Shown: positions 39,955 through 50,725 of the stretch, in pieces
How positions within the stretch are numbered: the stretch's first letter is position 1
How the letters are laid out: the number at the start of each line of letters is the position of its first letter
Virus record (IMG/VR): IMGVR_UViG_3300027969_000088
Length of the DNA stretch: 64,000 nucleotides
Reading direction: 5' to 3' (one strand)
DNA from: an uncultured virus (IMG/VR IMGVR_UViG_3300027969_000088)
Taxonomy: Duplodnaviria > Heunggongvirae > Uroviricota > Caudoviricetes
Translations under genes and position numbers: made by a program
Notes under the pieces: model-generated
The model's database searches: none
Told to the model about the DNA's origin: nothing
The model's input: only the letters and a program-made list of their open reading frames with translations

Positions 39955-40778
39955 TATGGGTTATTAATTATATCCTGCGTTGCAGATTGTTTAGTTTGAT
40001 AATCTTTGGTCTGAGCCCCAAAGTTCAATACACATTCGTCCATAAGACGATAAAGAAATTTCTGAGAATAATAAGTTTTTAAATCTATTGATGTATCCGC
40101 AACTGAAATATCGACAGGAGGAACACAAACATAGTCTATACTAATTGTAGCAGGTGTTGGAGTTAGTCTCACAGATCTAAAAGCCGATGCTCCATTATTA
40201 ATAAACTCATAACGAGGAGTTACTATATTAGCTTTATGGAAAGAACCAGCCTTACGAACAGAAGACATCTGCTTTAATTCTAAACTATACATCCAAGTAT
40301 ATGTTCCAGCCGTTGTTGCAAATACCCCAGCAGTTGTTTTGGCTTGAAATGTGTCTCCGTTTACTTTGCTAACAATATAAGTTGTTCCGGATAATTTAAT
40401 TGTTGATCCTTTACGAAGAGTGTGTTTTACACTACTCAAAGTAGTTCCACTAGCAGTTACTACCAAACTCTGTTCATAATTTCCTAAAATACGCATTGTA
40501 TGCATATAATAAGGAATTTCATTTGCAGGTGGGGTTGGAGTTGTTACACCGGCATTTAATGTACATACTCCAAGCGTAGGAGTAAATACTTTTTCTTTCA
40601 AAAAGAAACCGACTAGTTCATCTGATTCTTTTTCAAAAGATAAATTGTGATACATATTATCCACAAGTCTGTACATTGATTCTTTTATCAATGAGTTAGC
40701 CTTCGTATTATCTAGAAAAGCAGAATACGCTTTGTCTATTTTTTGCTGAAGATATGTCCAAAATAGTGCACCTGTCAT
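39954..40778 (-). CDS. head-tail ring/adaptor protein
   Basis: Position after the capsid genes; IDYVCVPP. Confidence 0.65.
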   Translation of the reverse strand: MTGALFWTYLQQKIDKAYSAFLDNTKANSLIKESMYRLVDNMYHNLSFEKESDELVGFFLKEKVFTPTLGVCTLNAGVTTPTPPANEIPYYMHTMRILGNYEQSLVVTASGTTLSSVKHTLRKGSTIKLSGTTYIVSKVNGDTFQAKTTAGVFATTAGTYTWMYSLELKQMSSVRKAGSFHKANIVTPRYEFINNGASAFRSVRLTPTPATISIDYVCVPPVDISVADTSIDLKTYYSQKFLYRLMDECVLNFGAQTKDYQTKQSATQDIINNP

Positions 40779-40808
40779 TTTATCAAAGATACAAAAAATT
40801 AAAGAAAC

Positions 40809-40835
40809 AAAAAAGGGGTATTAATAGACCCCTTT
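40809..40835 (-). terminator. intrinsic terminator
   Basis: AAAGGGGT...ACCCCTTT hairpin followed by a T run on the minus strand. Confidence 0.7.
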
Positions 40836-40863
40836 GATGTAAACATATTAAATAACCTATTAT

Positions 40864-41709
40864 TTAAGATTTACCAGCTCTTTTCTTTTCTGTGGCAGAT
40901 AAGATTGGAATCAAATTTTCTAATTCTTTTGGTAATTCTAAATCATTTCCAAGAGTTTGAATTTGAGATAGTTCGTCTTTTTCATATTTGTCTACTTCTG
41001 GTTTGATATAGTTTTCAAACAAATCAGTATCAGATAAAATTGTAGAAATTACAGATTCAACTTCAGTACCTAAATTACGCCCTCCTATTTTAAATATAAA
41101 TCCTTCTTTTTTAACAATACCAAATTTAACTGCTTTGTTTGCATAAATAGTTGCAACACGTTCAATATTTCTAACTTCAAGAAAAGTAGAAACCATATCT
41201 CTTTTTGCAACTGCAACACCATTTAAAGTTAAACCTATTAAATGCAAATATACCTCTTTAGAAGTCATATCTCTTGGATCTGAGCCCAAAGCAAAAGTCA
41301 AGTCTCTTCTTTCAAAATCATTCATATTAGATACACAACTAACACAACTTAATTTGGAAGTAAGTGCTTCAAACTCAACTTTAACTTTTTCTTCTTTGAT
41401 TTCAAATTTAAATTGTTCTGAAACAAGATTCGGATTAGTATATCCATCAGTAAATACCAAAGGATGGTTTTTCCAAAATTCTATAATAGTTTTGTCTGCG
41501 AAATCAGATTCATCAAAACTCAACTTTAATGGATAATTTGATTCGAACGTGTGTTGAAATACTCTATCTTTTTGTTCTAAAGTACTTACTACTTTTGTTC
41601 CATTACCTAAAAGAAAAATTTCTTTTTCATTCTTTCGGTCACGATAAGAACCTACAATTGTTATATTGCCTTTGGTTCTTTGAGGAATTAATAATGCTTT
41701 GATTCTCAT
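40864..41709 (-). CDS. conserved crAss-like head-module protein, function unknown
   Basis: 281-aa ORF next to the capsid genes. Confidence 0.65.
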   Translation of the reverse strand: MRIKALLIPQRTKGNITIVGSYRDRKNEKEIFLLGNGTKVVSTLEQKDRVFQHTFESNYPLKLSFDESDFADKTIIEFWKNHPLVFTDGYTNPNLVSEQFKFEIKEEKVKVEFEALTSKLSCVSCVSNMNDFERRDLTFALGSDPRDMTSKEVYLHLIGLTLNGVAVAKRDMVSTFLEVRNIERVATIYANKAVKFGIVKKEGFIFKIGGRNLGTEVESVISTILSDTDLFENYIKPEVDKYEKDELSQIQTLGNDLELPKELENLIPILSATEKKRAGKS

Positions 41710-41750
41710 AATATTTTTTACAAATATAAATTATTTTAATTACATAAACA

Positions 41751-41782
41751 AAAAAAAGAGGAAGATTTTACCTTCCTCTTTT
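41751..41782 (-). terminator. intrinsic terminator of the capsid operon
   Basis: AAAAGAGGAAG...CTTCCTCTTTT hairpin followed by a T run. Confidence 0.8.
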
Positions 41783-41798
41783 ATAAGTTGATTAATTT

Positions 41799-42557
41799 TT
41801 ATTTAACCAATAGAGTAGTTAAAGCAGTAATTAAAGCTGCGTTATAACCAGATCCACCACTAGGGATGTAAATGTAAGTCTTTTCTGCATCTCCGTGACC
41901 ACTCATTACGCTTTCACTAGTTGAGAATGCTTCGAAAATAAATACACCATAGTTAGTTCCAGATACTGGAAGACCTACTGTAGCATTAAAGTAACCAGTA
42001 GCTAACAAGTTTGCACCTGTAGCTCCTAATTCTACGTTACCAGCAGTTGTAACAACTAAAGCTAAGTTAGCACCTACACCAGCACTAAAGATAGGGAAAC
42101 CTGTTTTAGCGGTGATAATCAAGGTAGTAGTACCAGATGCAGTAACACGAGTACTCCAATAAGGGTGGTTGTTAATTGCAGTACGGAAAGCATCACCGAT
42201 AGTAGTCGCAGTTCCACCTGAAGTAGGAGTAGTGTGAGTAAATACAGTTTGAATTTCGTTAGGCAAATTGCTATTAAACGCTTGACCTTTTTCTGCACTC
42301 AAAGTAACACGATAGTCGGTGCTATTTGCAGCAGTAGGAGTAATGGTAATAACACGAGCCGTTTCAGCAGTATATACTTTGTACACACCATTTTTAAGTC
42401 CTACCAAAGGAATTTGAAAGTTTTGCAAAGCAGCTGGAGTAACAGCAAGAGTATTAGTACCACCAATTTTTAAATACCCAGCTTTGTTTACAGCAGTACC
42501 GTCATCGGCAGTAGCAGCAATAGAAGGGAAACAGAAATATTTTTGAGACATTGACAT
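41799..42557 (-). CDS. auxiliary capsid/decoration protein
   Basis: Thr/Ala/Gly-rich, strongly biased codons, directly after the MCP. Confidence 0.7.
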   Translation of the reverse strand: MSMSQKYFCFPSIAATADDGTAVNKAGYLKIGGTNTLAVTPAALQNFQIPLVGLKNGVYKVYTAETARVITITPTAANSTDYRVTLSAEKGQAFNSNLPNEIQTVFTHTTPTSGGTATTIGDAFRTAINNHPYWSTRVTASGTTTLIITAKTGFPIFSAGVGANLALVVTTAGNVELGATGANLLATGYFNATVGLPVSGTNYGVFIFEAFSTSESVMSGHGDAEKTYIYIPSGGSGYNAALITALTTLLVK

Positions 42558-42569
42558 AATTTTATATTA

Positions 42570-43913
42570 TTAGATAGCGAATTCAATCAGACCCATTTTG
42601 TCTGCAACACAATACAAACCACAATCAGATAAAATGTGGAAGTCAACACCATCAACATCACTAGTACCTAAAGATACTTGTTGTCCACCGCTCAAAGCAG
42701 CTTTAATAGTTGAAGGATCGCTAGACTCAAGACCAATCATACCAGGAACGTAGTTAGCAATTAACTCGTCTTGGTTGAAGTGATATTTCTGAAGAGCAGC
42801 AATAGTTCCAGAACCATCAGCAGCAGGGATAGGAGTAGTATCAATAAAGTAGATAGAGTTACTCATACGAGGCTTACCATTGATAGTAGAAAGTTCACCA
42901 CGGAACATTTCGTCATCTAATAAAGCCCAACGAACAAATTCAATTTCAATACCAGCATAAGCGTATTTCATTACGTTCAAACCAGTTACTGAAGTTCCAC
43001 CAAAGGTATTTGCAGTACCAGCGTATTTGATATAATCTCCTAAGATAGTTTGCAAACGAGCCAAAGCAGAAGAACCCATCAAAGCAACTAATTTACGTCC
43101 ACCTTCAGCAGATACACGAACCATTTGCTCCAAGAAGTCATTGAATACAGTTTGAGATAATTCAGAAGTCAAAGACAAGTAAGAACCACCATTATTGATG
43201 ATTGACCAACGAAGACCACCTGTAGTGTAATATTCACCATAAGGACCTTGTTTGATTTGTCTTTCAGAGAAAGCATATTTGTATTCCAACTGTTTAGCGA
43301 ACGCTTTCAAAGTTAGATCATCATATGATCTCCACCAGAAATCACCATTCCATTTTACAAATGAAGCAGTACGATCTCTACGAGACTGGTGAGAACTTTC
43401 ACGAGTTACAGAAGTCAAAGCGAAATCTGTATCTGGAGTGTAGTTCAAAGTACTTTTACCTGTGCTTGAACGGTTTGCAGAAGCGTCAAAGAAACGTTTT
43501 GCGTGTTGTCCAGCCAAGAAATGAGAACCAGAACTTAAAGTAGCAACACTATGACCAGCAAGAGTAAGAACATTACCAGAATTATCAACGCTAACTACGA
43601 TAGCTTGAATTAAGTTACCGTCAGCAACGATATCACCGATACGGAATTTAGAAGCGTCAGATACTGATACGTTTAACATACCACTACCAGTAGCAGAGTT
43701 AGTAACAATTTTAGAGTAAACACCCAAGTTTCCTAAAGAACTAATTTCAATTTTCGACTGAGAAGAAGAAATAGAACTAGCTAATTTAGAAGTTAATTGA
43801 GTCAAAACGTTATAACCATAATCTTGGCTATAAACCATTGCCATTTTGTTCGGCAAAGAAAGACCTTTAAGTAATAGTGATTGACTTATTGGTAAGTTAG
43901 AGATAGTTGACAT
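42570..43913 (-). CDS. major capsid protein (HK97 fold)
   Basis: 447 aa with highly biased codons, downstream of portal and scaffold; QLEYKYAFS...TTGGLRWSI; DVDGVDFHILS. Confidence 0.85.
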   Translation of the reverse strand: MSTISNLPISQSLLLKGLSLPNKMAMVYSQDYGYNVLTQLTSKLASSISSSQSKIEISSLGNLGVYSKIVTNSATGSGMLNVSVSDASKFRIGDIVADGNLIQAIVVSVDNSGNVLTLAGHSVATLSSGSHFLAGQHAKRFFDASANRSSTGKSTLNYTPDTDFALTSVTRESSHQSRRDRTASFVKWNGDFWWRSYDDLTLKAFAKQLEYKYAFSERQIKQGPYGEYYTTGGLRWSIINNGGSYLSLTSELSQTVFNDFLEQMVRVSAEGGRKLVALMGSSALARLQTILGDYIKYAGTANTFGGTSVTGLNVMKYAYAGIEIEFVRWALLDDEMFRGELSTINGKPRMSNSIYFIDTTPIPAADGSGTIAALQKYHFNQDELIANYVPGMIGLESSDPSTIKAALSGGQQVSLGTSDVDGVDFHILSDCGLYCVADKMGLIEFAI

Positions 43914-43943
43914 TTATTTTTTTGTTTGTTTTTTTATTTTCCT

Positions 43944-44894
43944 TTAACCTGGAAAAAGGTTATTAAAGGCTTCTTGCGCAGCCTCAAGTCCTGAGCCAAC
44001 AGTACGTCCGCCACCAGTCATGTTCTTACTTGGATTACTCACTTCACGAATAACCTGTTCTTTACCTTCATTTTTGGCTTTAGTAATATTAGCTTTTACC
44101 ATATCTTTTCCGTATTTGAGCCAAAGCCCAATGGAATAGATTTTTTCAACGTCAAACGAACCATCTTCTCTTTGTAATGTAAACTCTTTGTCTATAAAAG
44201 TTTTCAAATCTTTTGACATTTCGTCTGTAATTTTCAAACCATAAACTTCTTTATTTACAATCTCTTGAGAAAACATATTCAATTCTTCATTGTATTTATT
44301 AGCAATAACCTTTTGTTTTTCGCTTTGGTCAACATTAGAACTAGTTAACTGTTTCAGTCTATCTTGATTCCTTTGGTCAAACCTTTGCTTAAACGTATCG
44401 GCCCATTGTTTCTTTTGGAAAAATGATGCATTATCAAATTCATAAGATGCCTGTTCAATTTCTTCAGGCGTTAATTCCATAAATTCTTTAAGACCATTTT
44501 TTACTAATTGCTCATCATTCCAACTAGAAATATCGTCAACTTTATATTCGTTAACAAAATCTTTTAGAGATTTACCATTCTTTTTGTATTCAAGAATTAA
44601 TTTTAAATCTTCATCTAAATCTAATTCTTTACTTTCAATAGGTAAAGTCTCTTTTTTGGTTTGATCAACAACTACATTTTTTTCTTCAGTTTCCCACCAT
44701 TGTTTACTTTCAGTAACACTGTCAGTAATTTGGTCGTTAACTTGAGGAGTTGTTGTATTGTTTTCTACTACTGGTTCAACTATTTCAGTTTGGACAGTAG
44801 GTTCAACAACTGTATCAACGCTAGGTTCTACAGTTGGTGCAGTAATAGTCTGATTTCTTAATTCATCAGCAAGTTGTTCTAAATAACCTTCCAT
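43944..44894 (-). CDS. scaffolding-like protein
   Basis: Acidic low-complexity N-terminus, helical, between portal and MCP. Confidence 0.65.
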   Translation of the reverse strand: MEGYLEQLADELRNQTITAPTVEPSVDTVVEPTVQTEIVEPVVENNTTTPQVNDQITDSVTESKQWWETEEKNVVVDQTKKETLPIESKELDLDEDLKLILEYKKNGKSLKDFVNEYKVDDISSWNDEQLVKNGLKEFMELTPEEIEQASYEFDNASFFQKKQWADTFKQRFDQRNQDRLKQLTSSNVDQSEKQKVIANKYNEELNMFSQEIVNKEVYGLKITDEMSKDLKTFIDKEFTLQREDGSFDVEKIYSIGLWLKYGKDMVKANITKAKNEGKEQVIREVSNPSKNMTGGGRTVGSGLEAAQEAFNNLFPG

Positions 44895-44938
44895 ATTTTT
44901 ATCAAATTTAAAGTATTTTATACAAATTTACAACTTTT

Positions 44939-47161
44939 TTATTGTTGTTGTTGCATTTCTTCAGGATTTTGATTTTGTGCTTCTGCCATCATTCCATCTT
45001 CTGGAGAAGCTTCACCTCCTATTCCTGCTTTAATTGCATCACTTGCCATTTTAGACTGAGCCCCAAGTTCTGCACGATAATTAGCACCTTGTTCTTTAAC
45101 ACCTTGCTGTTGTTGTTGAGCAGCCATTTGTTGTTCCATTTGTGCTTGTTGCATCATTTGTTGCATTGCTTGTTGTTTTTGAGCATCTCTTTGTTTTTTA
45201 TTCATTGAGTATTGTAACTCGTTAATCAACTCAGTATAACTTTTTGCAGTTTCAATTTTAATATAGTCAGCCAAATCAATTTGTTGATTTTGCATAGCAG
45301 CTTGAGCAATACTTATAATTCTTTCACGAGCAGCATCATCCATAAAGTCTTTAACTTTAATGTAAACGCCTAACTCTTCGAATTGTAAATCTTCTGTAAT
45401 TTTTAACCATTGTTTACCACGTGTTCCAACAACAGGGATTTGGTCTTCGGTCTCAGCCATTAGGGAAACTTTATATTGATTCAAACCAAAAGACAATTGC
45501 TTTTGGAAGAATTCTATAAAGCCTTGATATAAATAAGAAGTACCTAAGTTAGATTGTGCAATAGTACCTGCTTGTGTTTTAGCACCTACATAACCTGCTT
45601 GTTGTCCAAGAGCAACTTTAGGAATATTTACAATCTCTTCCATTAGTCTTTCTTCTTCTCTTCTCAAACCAATAAGTTGTTGTACGTTTGTATCAAGAGT
45701 CATATCTACAACTTCTACAAGTCTAGCATCTTGTCCGGCAACAAAATCTTCACCAGTTGCAGAACCATCTGTGATGTGAATACCCATACGTTCAAAATCA
45801 GAAATTACATCTTTCGCAGATGAACTACCAAGTTTTTGTTTGTTAATTAGATAAACTTTACCTTTGGCTCTATTCATCATTTTGGTAATCTCATTGGTAA
45901 TATAATCAATACGATCTTGGTGTTGGTGCAATCGAGCCACAACAGAACGATTTTCACCCATAACCATATTTGGAATAAATACTTTTAGTGGTAATTCAAC
46001 ATCTCCAGGATTATCGTGTTTACGAACTAGATTAGTTGTTTCTTCAAAATCAACAACATATTTGTTTCCAATAAGTGTTCCTTTGTAAACGGTCTTGGTC
46101 CAAAACTGACCTTTTCTTCCATTGCGAATTTTACCATAATGAGTGTTGCCGAATTTATCTTTAGATTGTTCGTAACCTAAATCTTTCATACCAATCCAAT
46201 ATCCAGTTACACACGCCAAAGTTGGAAGGTTGTTTACATTAAACGCCCAGTTAGTTGCATATGGATGCGTAGTCAAATCTAACAATTGATATAAATTGTT
46301 CATATTGATTTGTTTAATTTCTTCTAATTCTGCTGAACTCAAAGAATCTTGATAACGCTCCACAATATCAGTAACATTCAACCAATCTACTTTACCTACG
46401 AAACGGGCATCTTCATTGAAGTCATTATCTTTTGCTCTATCAACGATAAGATTATGAGGAAGAATTACATCAAAATATTGTTTACCATTTTCAATTCTAT
46501 TTTCAAATCCAATATATCCGCCAAGTAATACATAGAGAAATGCTTGTTTTAATTTGTTACGAAAATCATTTCTTAAAAGAATATCTTCACACAAACGCAT
46601 TCCCATAACTTCACTATACTCTCTATAGTCATACTCCATGTAACGATAAACATCATCCGGAACTTCCATCTTTTGACTATCGTTTCCTAAAGGAGCATAT
46701 TCAAAACCATGCTTAAGCAACATTTCAAAAATCTCTGGAGCATCAAACATTAATAATGCTTTTTCTAAAATCTTAGTTTTTTTGTTTACTGCGCTTTTAC
46801 TTTGTGCTTTTACAGATGGTTCTATATTTTCAATCATCTTGATTGCATTACCCACCATAAAATCTATTAAAGAAGTAATTTTTTGACCATTAATCCATAC
46901 CGTTGGTAAGTCACAAGAGTTTTGGTCTTGTGTGGTATAGTAATAATCTTTGTTGTATTGTCTCCCTAAATAGTAAGTATACATTCGTATAATCTCATCT
47001 ATTGGGTTCTCCAGATCTTTAACTTGTCTAACTCTTGAAATCCTATCATGTCTTTTGTTAAAATGAGACATAATAAATTTTAAATTTTCTTTGTACCAAA
47101 CTTGTGTTTTTTCACTTTCTGACAAAAACTGCTTTGGTTGATTTGTTATAGTAAACGCCAT
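44939..47161 (-). CDS. portal protein
   Basis: 740 aa; QPKQFLSESEK start, VYKGTLIG, Q-rich C-terminal coil; canonical position. Confidence 0.88.
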   Translation of the reverse strand: MAFTITNQPKQFLSESEKTQVWYKENLKFIMSHFNKRHDRISRVRQVKDLENPIDEIIRMYTYYLGRQYNKDYYYTTQDQNSCDLPTVWINGQKITSLIDFMVGNAIKMIENIEPSVKAQSKSAVNKKTKILEKALLMFDAPEIFEMLLKHGFEYAPLGNDSQKMEVPDDVYRYMEYDYREYSEVMGMRLCEDILLRNDFRNKLKQAFLYVLLGGYIGFENRIENGKQYFDVILPHNLIVDRAKDNDFNEDARFVGKVDWLNVTDIVERYQDSLSSAELEEIKQINMNNLYQLLDLTTHPYATNWAFNVNNLPTLACVTGYWIGMKDLGYEQSKDKFGNTHYGKIRNGRKGQFWTKTVYKGTLIGNKYVVDFEETTNLVRKHDNPGDVELPLKVFIPNMVMGENRSVVARLHQHQDRIDYITNEITKMMNRAKGKVYLINKQKLGSSSAKDVISDFERMGIHITDGSATGEDFVAGQDARLVEVVDMTLDTNVQQLIGLRREEERLMEEIVNIPKVALGQQAGYVGAKTQAGTIAQSNLGTSYLYQGFIEFFQKQLSFGLNQYKVSLMAETEDQIPVVGTRGKQWLKITEDLQFEELGVYIKVKDFMDDAARERIISIAQAAMQNQQIDLADYIKIETAKSYTELINELQYSMNKKQRDAQKQQAMQQMMQQAQMEQQMAAQQQQQGVKEQGANYRAELGAQSKMASDAIKAGIGGEASPEDGMMAEAQNQNPEEMQQQQ

Positions 47162-47491
47162 TTATTACAAATTTACTAAATTTTATTAAAAAATTGTTTT
47201 TTATTTATTGATTAAACAGAGTTAGGGCATTTAGATTAATAATCGTAGTACTTATTCTGCGATGTCTTCGTTGTTATCCGTAAGTGCACTTTCTTGGGTG
47301 AACCACTTTTTAAACCATACCCCCCCTACCCCCCTTTCCTTTTAAAGCTTTAAAAAAACTTTTGGAAATTGGTGTAGGAGAGGTAGTGGTTGTGATTGCC
47401 AAGAAACTTTCTCGTCCATCCCCACACAGTCCATCAAGACATACCCCCATCAAAAAGTATGAACTGCGGTGCAATATTAGAATAAATATTT

Positions 47492-47884
47492 TTAATTGTC
47501 AAGCAAAATATGTCTTGGTTGATATTTTTTTATGTAGAACTCAATGAATTCAGCACCTTTGGCAACTAAATTTTTTTCTACGATTAATCTGAAGATATAT
47601 TTATCATTGAAATTATACTTCTTCTGGAGAATATCTAAGAATGGTTTTACAACATTATCTGCATCGGCAGCAATATTACTTACTCCAACTATTAATGAAA
47701 TCTCTAAATAGTCTTTAGTTTGCTTTAAATCATACGGTTGTAAACGTAGCAACATCTCTTTCTCATATGAAACGTATTCTTTTGTTTTGAATCGTTTACC
47801 TTGCCAACATTGATTAACAGACAAGGGTTTAATGTCTACCCTATTTGAGAAAAGAAGGATAGAATTTTTTAAGTGTTTCGACAT
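47492..47884 (-). CDS. RusA-like Holliday junction resolvase
   Basis: KPLSVNQCWQG...DADNVVKPFLDIL...FNDKYI. Confidence 0.82.
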   Translation of the reverse strand: MSKHLKNSILLFSNRVDIKPLSVNQCWQGKRFKTKEYVSYEKEMLLRLQPYDLKQTKDYLEISLIVGVSNIAADADNVVKPFLDILQKKYNFNDKYIFRLIVEKNLVAKGAEFIEFYIKKYQPRHILLDN

Positions 47885-48242
47885 TAGTTTTTAAATCTTG
47901 AAAAAGCAATAGTTCTACAGGTATTCCATAAAATTCTGAAATAGCTATAGCAATTTTAAGTGAGTTTATATTTTGGTCATTATAAAGAAATTTAGTTAGA
48001 CTATTTTCTACATCGATACCCATAAACTCTTTTAGTTTATTAACTGAAATAAACTCTTTGTATTGTTGAGAAAGAAAAATAATATTTTCTCTAAAGCGAT
48101 TACTAATACTCTTTTGTTTGTTAAAAATTACTTCGGAGTAATATTCACCTCGAACTTGAGCAATTAACTCATTTTCAAGCAAGATGTTCATACCTCGCTT
48201 TTTAATGCTAATTATTTTTTTGTCTAATTCATCGATGGTCAT
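47841..48242 (-). CDS. putative XRE-like HTH protein
   Basis: SLKIAIAISEFYGIPVELLLFQDL C-terminus. Confidence 0.55.
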   Translation of the reverse strand: MTIDELDKKIISIKKRGMNILLENELIAQVRGEYYSEVIFNKQKSISNRFRENIIFLSQQYKEFISVNKLKEFMGIDVENSLTKFLYNDQNINSLKIAIAISEFYGIPVELLLFQDLKTNVETLKKFYPSFLK

Positions 48243-48496
48243 ATATCAGAAATCTTCATCTCAAATTCTTTAAGATATCTTTCATTTTCATCAATACATT
48301 TTTTAACCTCTTTCATTACAATGATTAATTTTTGTTGGTCAACTAAAGACTTACCATTCAAGATGTTATACACATCGTATTTTTGAATACCCAGTCTAGT
48401 TGTTCTGTCTACAATACGGGCCATATCGCCACGTTTTAACTTGTTTTTTAATTCAAGCACTTTTTCTTTTAGTTCGTTATTCATAATATTATACAA
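48239..48496 (-). CDS. small putative DNA-binding protein
   Basis: LKRGDMARI...YDVYNILNG HTH-like. Confidence 0.55.
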   Translation of the reverse strand: MYNIMNNELKEKVLELKNKLKRGDMARIVDRTTRLGIQKYDVYNILNGKSLVDQQKLIIVMKEVKKCIDENERYLKEFEMKISDI

Positions 48497-48562
48497 TTTT
48501 ACAAAAAATATTTGAAATTACAAAATATTATATTATATTCGCAGCACTAATAGTAAAAAAAC

Positions 48563-49183
48563 ATGGGACTTAAAAATGGATTAGGTAAGAGAACTTACCT
48601 TGGAATTAGAGAAGGCAAGATTGCCAAAAACATCGGTGACAAGAAGTATGAATTGTATGATTCTTTCGAAGGAACAATTGTAGGGATTAGCACCAGAGAT
48701 GGAATGTACGGACAAGAACTTTGTTTAGATTTAAGAGATGGAGGAGAACTTTACCAACTTCAACTCCGTATCAAAGGTGAAGACAAACCAGGTCAATTGG
48801 CCAAGCAAACATCTCACTTTATTGCATTTGCACATTGTTGCCCGATTATTGACCCAACTAAACCAATCGAGTTTATTCCAAGCTTGAAAATAGTTGATGA
48901 AAAGAAGAGAGCTGCTTTGTTCTTAAAGCAAAATGGTGAAACATTAAAATGGGCATTTAAAAAAGGAGAAGGTATGCCTGATCCTGAAGAAGTGTTCAAC
49001 AAAAAAGGAGAACTTGTTTCTATTGATTGGTCTGAAGTGGAAACTTTCAGAATGAACAAAGTAAATGAGTTTTCTGCGAAAGTTAGGGAAGCAGCAAGTT
49101 TTAACAACATGATGACTTCTGAAGTTGTAGAAGAATCAAGTGAGGATTTGACTCCACTTGAGGATGATGACTTACCGTTCTAA
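48563..49183 (+). CDS. single-stranded DNA-binding protein
   Basis: Acidic C-terminal tail EDDDLPF. Confidence 0.75.
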   Translation: MGLKNGLGKRTYLGIREGKIAKNIGDKKYELYDSFEGTIVGISTRDGMYGQELCLDLRDGGELYQLQLRIKGEDKPGQLAKQTSHFIAFAHCCPIIDPTKPIEFIPSLKIVDEKKRAALFLKQNGETLKWAFKKGEGMPDPEEVFNKKGELVSIDWSEVETFRMNKVNEFSAKVREAASFNNMMTSEVVEESSEDLTPLEDDDLPF

Positions 49184-49185
49184 TT

Positions 49186-49452
49186 ATGCCTAGAGGAGTT
49201 AACAACACAGAACTCGCTGGAAAAATCGGAAAAAAAGTTGCACAGCCTGTCCATATGAAACACTATGGGCAGGAGCAACTCTCGATTATCCGCCAATCAA
49301 GTTTAAAATCATCAGTATCTTTTGTGGAAGCACTATTACCACGTTTACAAATAGAATTTTCAGTAAACGATGTAAGAATGTTGACATTAGAAACTGCTGA
49401 GATGTTTGAAAAATGGGTCTTGAGAGATGAAACTGGAACTAGTCAGGATTAA
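49186..49452 (+). CDS. hypothetical protein
   Basis: SIIRQSSLK...AEMFEKWV. Confidence 0.7.
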   Translation: MPRGVNNTELAGKIGKKVAQPVHMKHYGQEQLSIIRQSSLKSSVSFVEALLPRLQIEFSVNDVRMLTLETAEMFEKWVLRDETGTSQD

Positions 49453-50410
49453 CAAAGACGAGCAATACCAGGAATGGTTAGACTTTCGTGAAAGAGGCTT
49501 AGGTGCTTCTGAGATTGGCACTCTTATGGGTGTCAATTCTTGGAAGTCCCCAGCCGAATTGTATTATCAAAAGATAGGATTGATTCCTCAGAAGCAAGTG
49601 CAGAATATGCCTATGTTTATGGGAACTATTCTTGAGCAAACTGTTGCAGATATTTTTGAACATTGGGAGAACGATGAGGCTACAATGATTAAGAACTTTG
49701 GTGAAGGTAAGAAGGTTAGACAATTGTATGAACCAGTAGGTTACATTATCAATCCTTTGTACCCACATCTATTCTTTTCTCCGGATAGACTAATTACAAC
49801 AAAAGAAATCAGAGTCCGAAACTCAGCGATTAACCTTGAGAATGTTGAGGCTATTGCTGAAATCAAAACCATTAATGGTTGGTCTGCTAAGCAATGGGAA
49901 GGTGGAATACCTCCATCCTACTATTTACAATTGCAAACCTACTTAATGGGTCTCGGAGTTCAAAAAGGTTACCTTGTTGTCCTAAAAGACGGAAGAGACT
50001 TTACTGTACATGAGTATGAGGCCGATGAAGATATCATCAGTTCTATTATAAACATTACTACAGACTTTTGGGAAAGAGTTCAACTAGGTAGAGAAGCACT
50101 TAAGAACGGAGGAGACTATGATCAGTATGCTCCACCACCAGATGGTACAGAAGCATTTGCTGAATATCTTACTGAAAGGTATGCTAATCCAGAGGATAAG
50201 AGTATAGCTTCGAATGTAGAGATTGATGAGTACATAACTCATTACTTAAAACTTGGTGGAAAAATTGCTGAAATGGAAGATGAGAAAAGAGAAGCTTCGA
50301 ATATGATTAAGAACCATATGGGTAACTATGCTTTGTTAAACTCTGATATAGCAAAGGTTACGTGGAGACCTAACAAAAATGGTTCACGTGTATTTAGGGT
50401 AAATGGCTAA
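49427..50410 (+). CDS. YqaJ/lambda-exonuclease family recombination nuclease
   Basis: WLDFRERGLGASEI, GTILE, SPDRL, EIKT, YYLQLQTY. Confidence 0.92.
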   Translation: MKLELVRINKDEQYQEWLDFRERGLGASEIGTLMGVNSWKSPAELYYQKIGLIPQKQVQNMPMFMGTILEQTVADIFEHWENDEATMIKNFGEGKKVRQLYEPVGYIINPLYPHLFFSPDRLITTKEIRVRNSAINLENVEAIAEIKTINGWSAKQWEGGIPPSYYLQLQTYLMGLGVQKGYLVVLKDGRDFTVHEYEADEDIISSIINITTDFWERVQLGREALKNGGDYDQYAPPPDGTEAFAEYLTERYANPEDKSIASNVEIDEYITHYLKLGGKIAEMEDEKREASNMIKNHMGNYALLNSDIAKVTWRPNKNGSRVFRVNG

Positions 50411-50687
50411 GGGGGATAAGGAATGGTATTTAAATATGTGGCAAACGAGACAGACGCACCAGTGCGAGGAATGTGGTTTACATCTTCCACACTTCTCTCC
50501 GATGTTCATATCGCATATCATAACAAAAGGAAGTTATCCGAGTCTGAGGCAACATCCCGAAAACTGGATGCTATATTGTATGCATTGTCATCAGACATGG
50601 GAGTTTGGCAAGAGGAAGGAGATGAAGACTTACCAGAGAGCCATGGAGATTGCTGAAAAATTAAAAAGGGAGTATCATTCAAAATAA
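50403..50687 (+). CDS. small HNH/Zn-finger nuclease (NinG/Ref-like)
   Basis: CEECG...SHIITKG...NWMLYCMHCH. Confidence 0.75.
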   Translation: MAKGDKEWYLNMWQTRQTHQCEECGLHLPHFSPMFISHIITKGSYPSLRQHPENWMLYCMHCHQTWEFGKRKEMKTYQRAMEIAEKLKREYHSK

Positions 50688-50725
50688 AGTTTGCATATGT
50701 AAACCTTTTATTTTATCTTTGTAAT

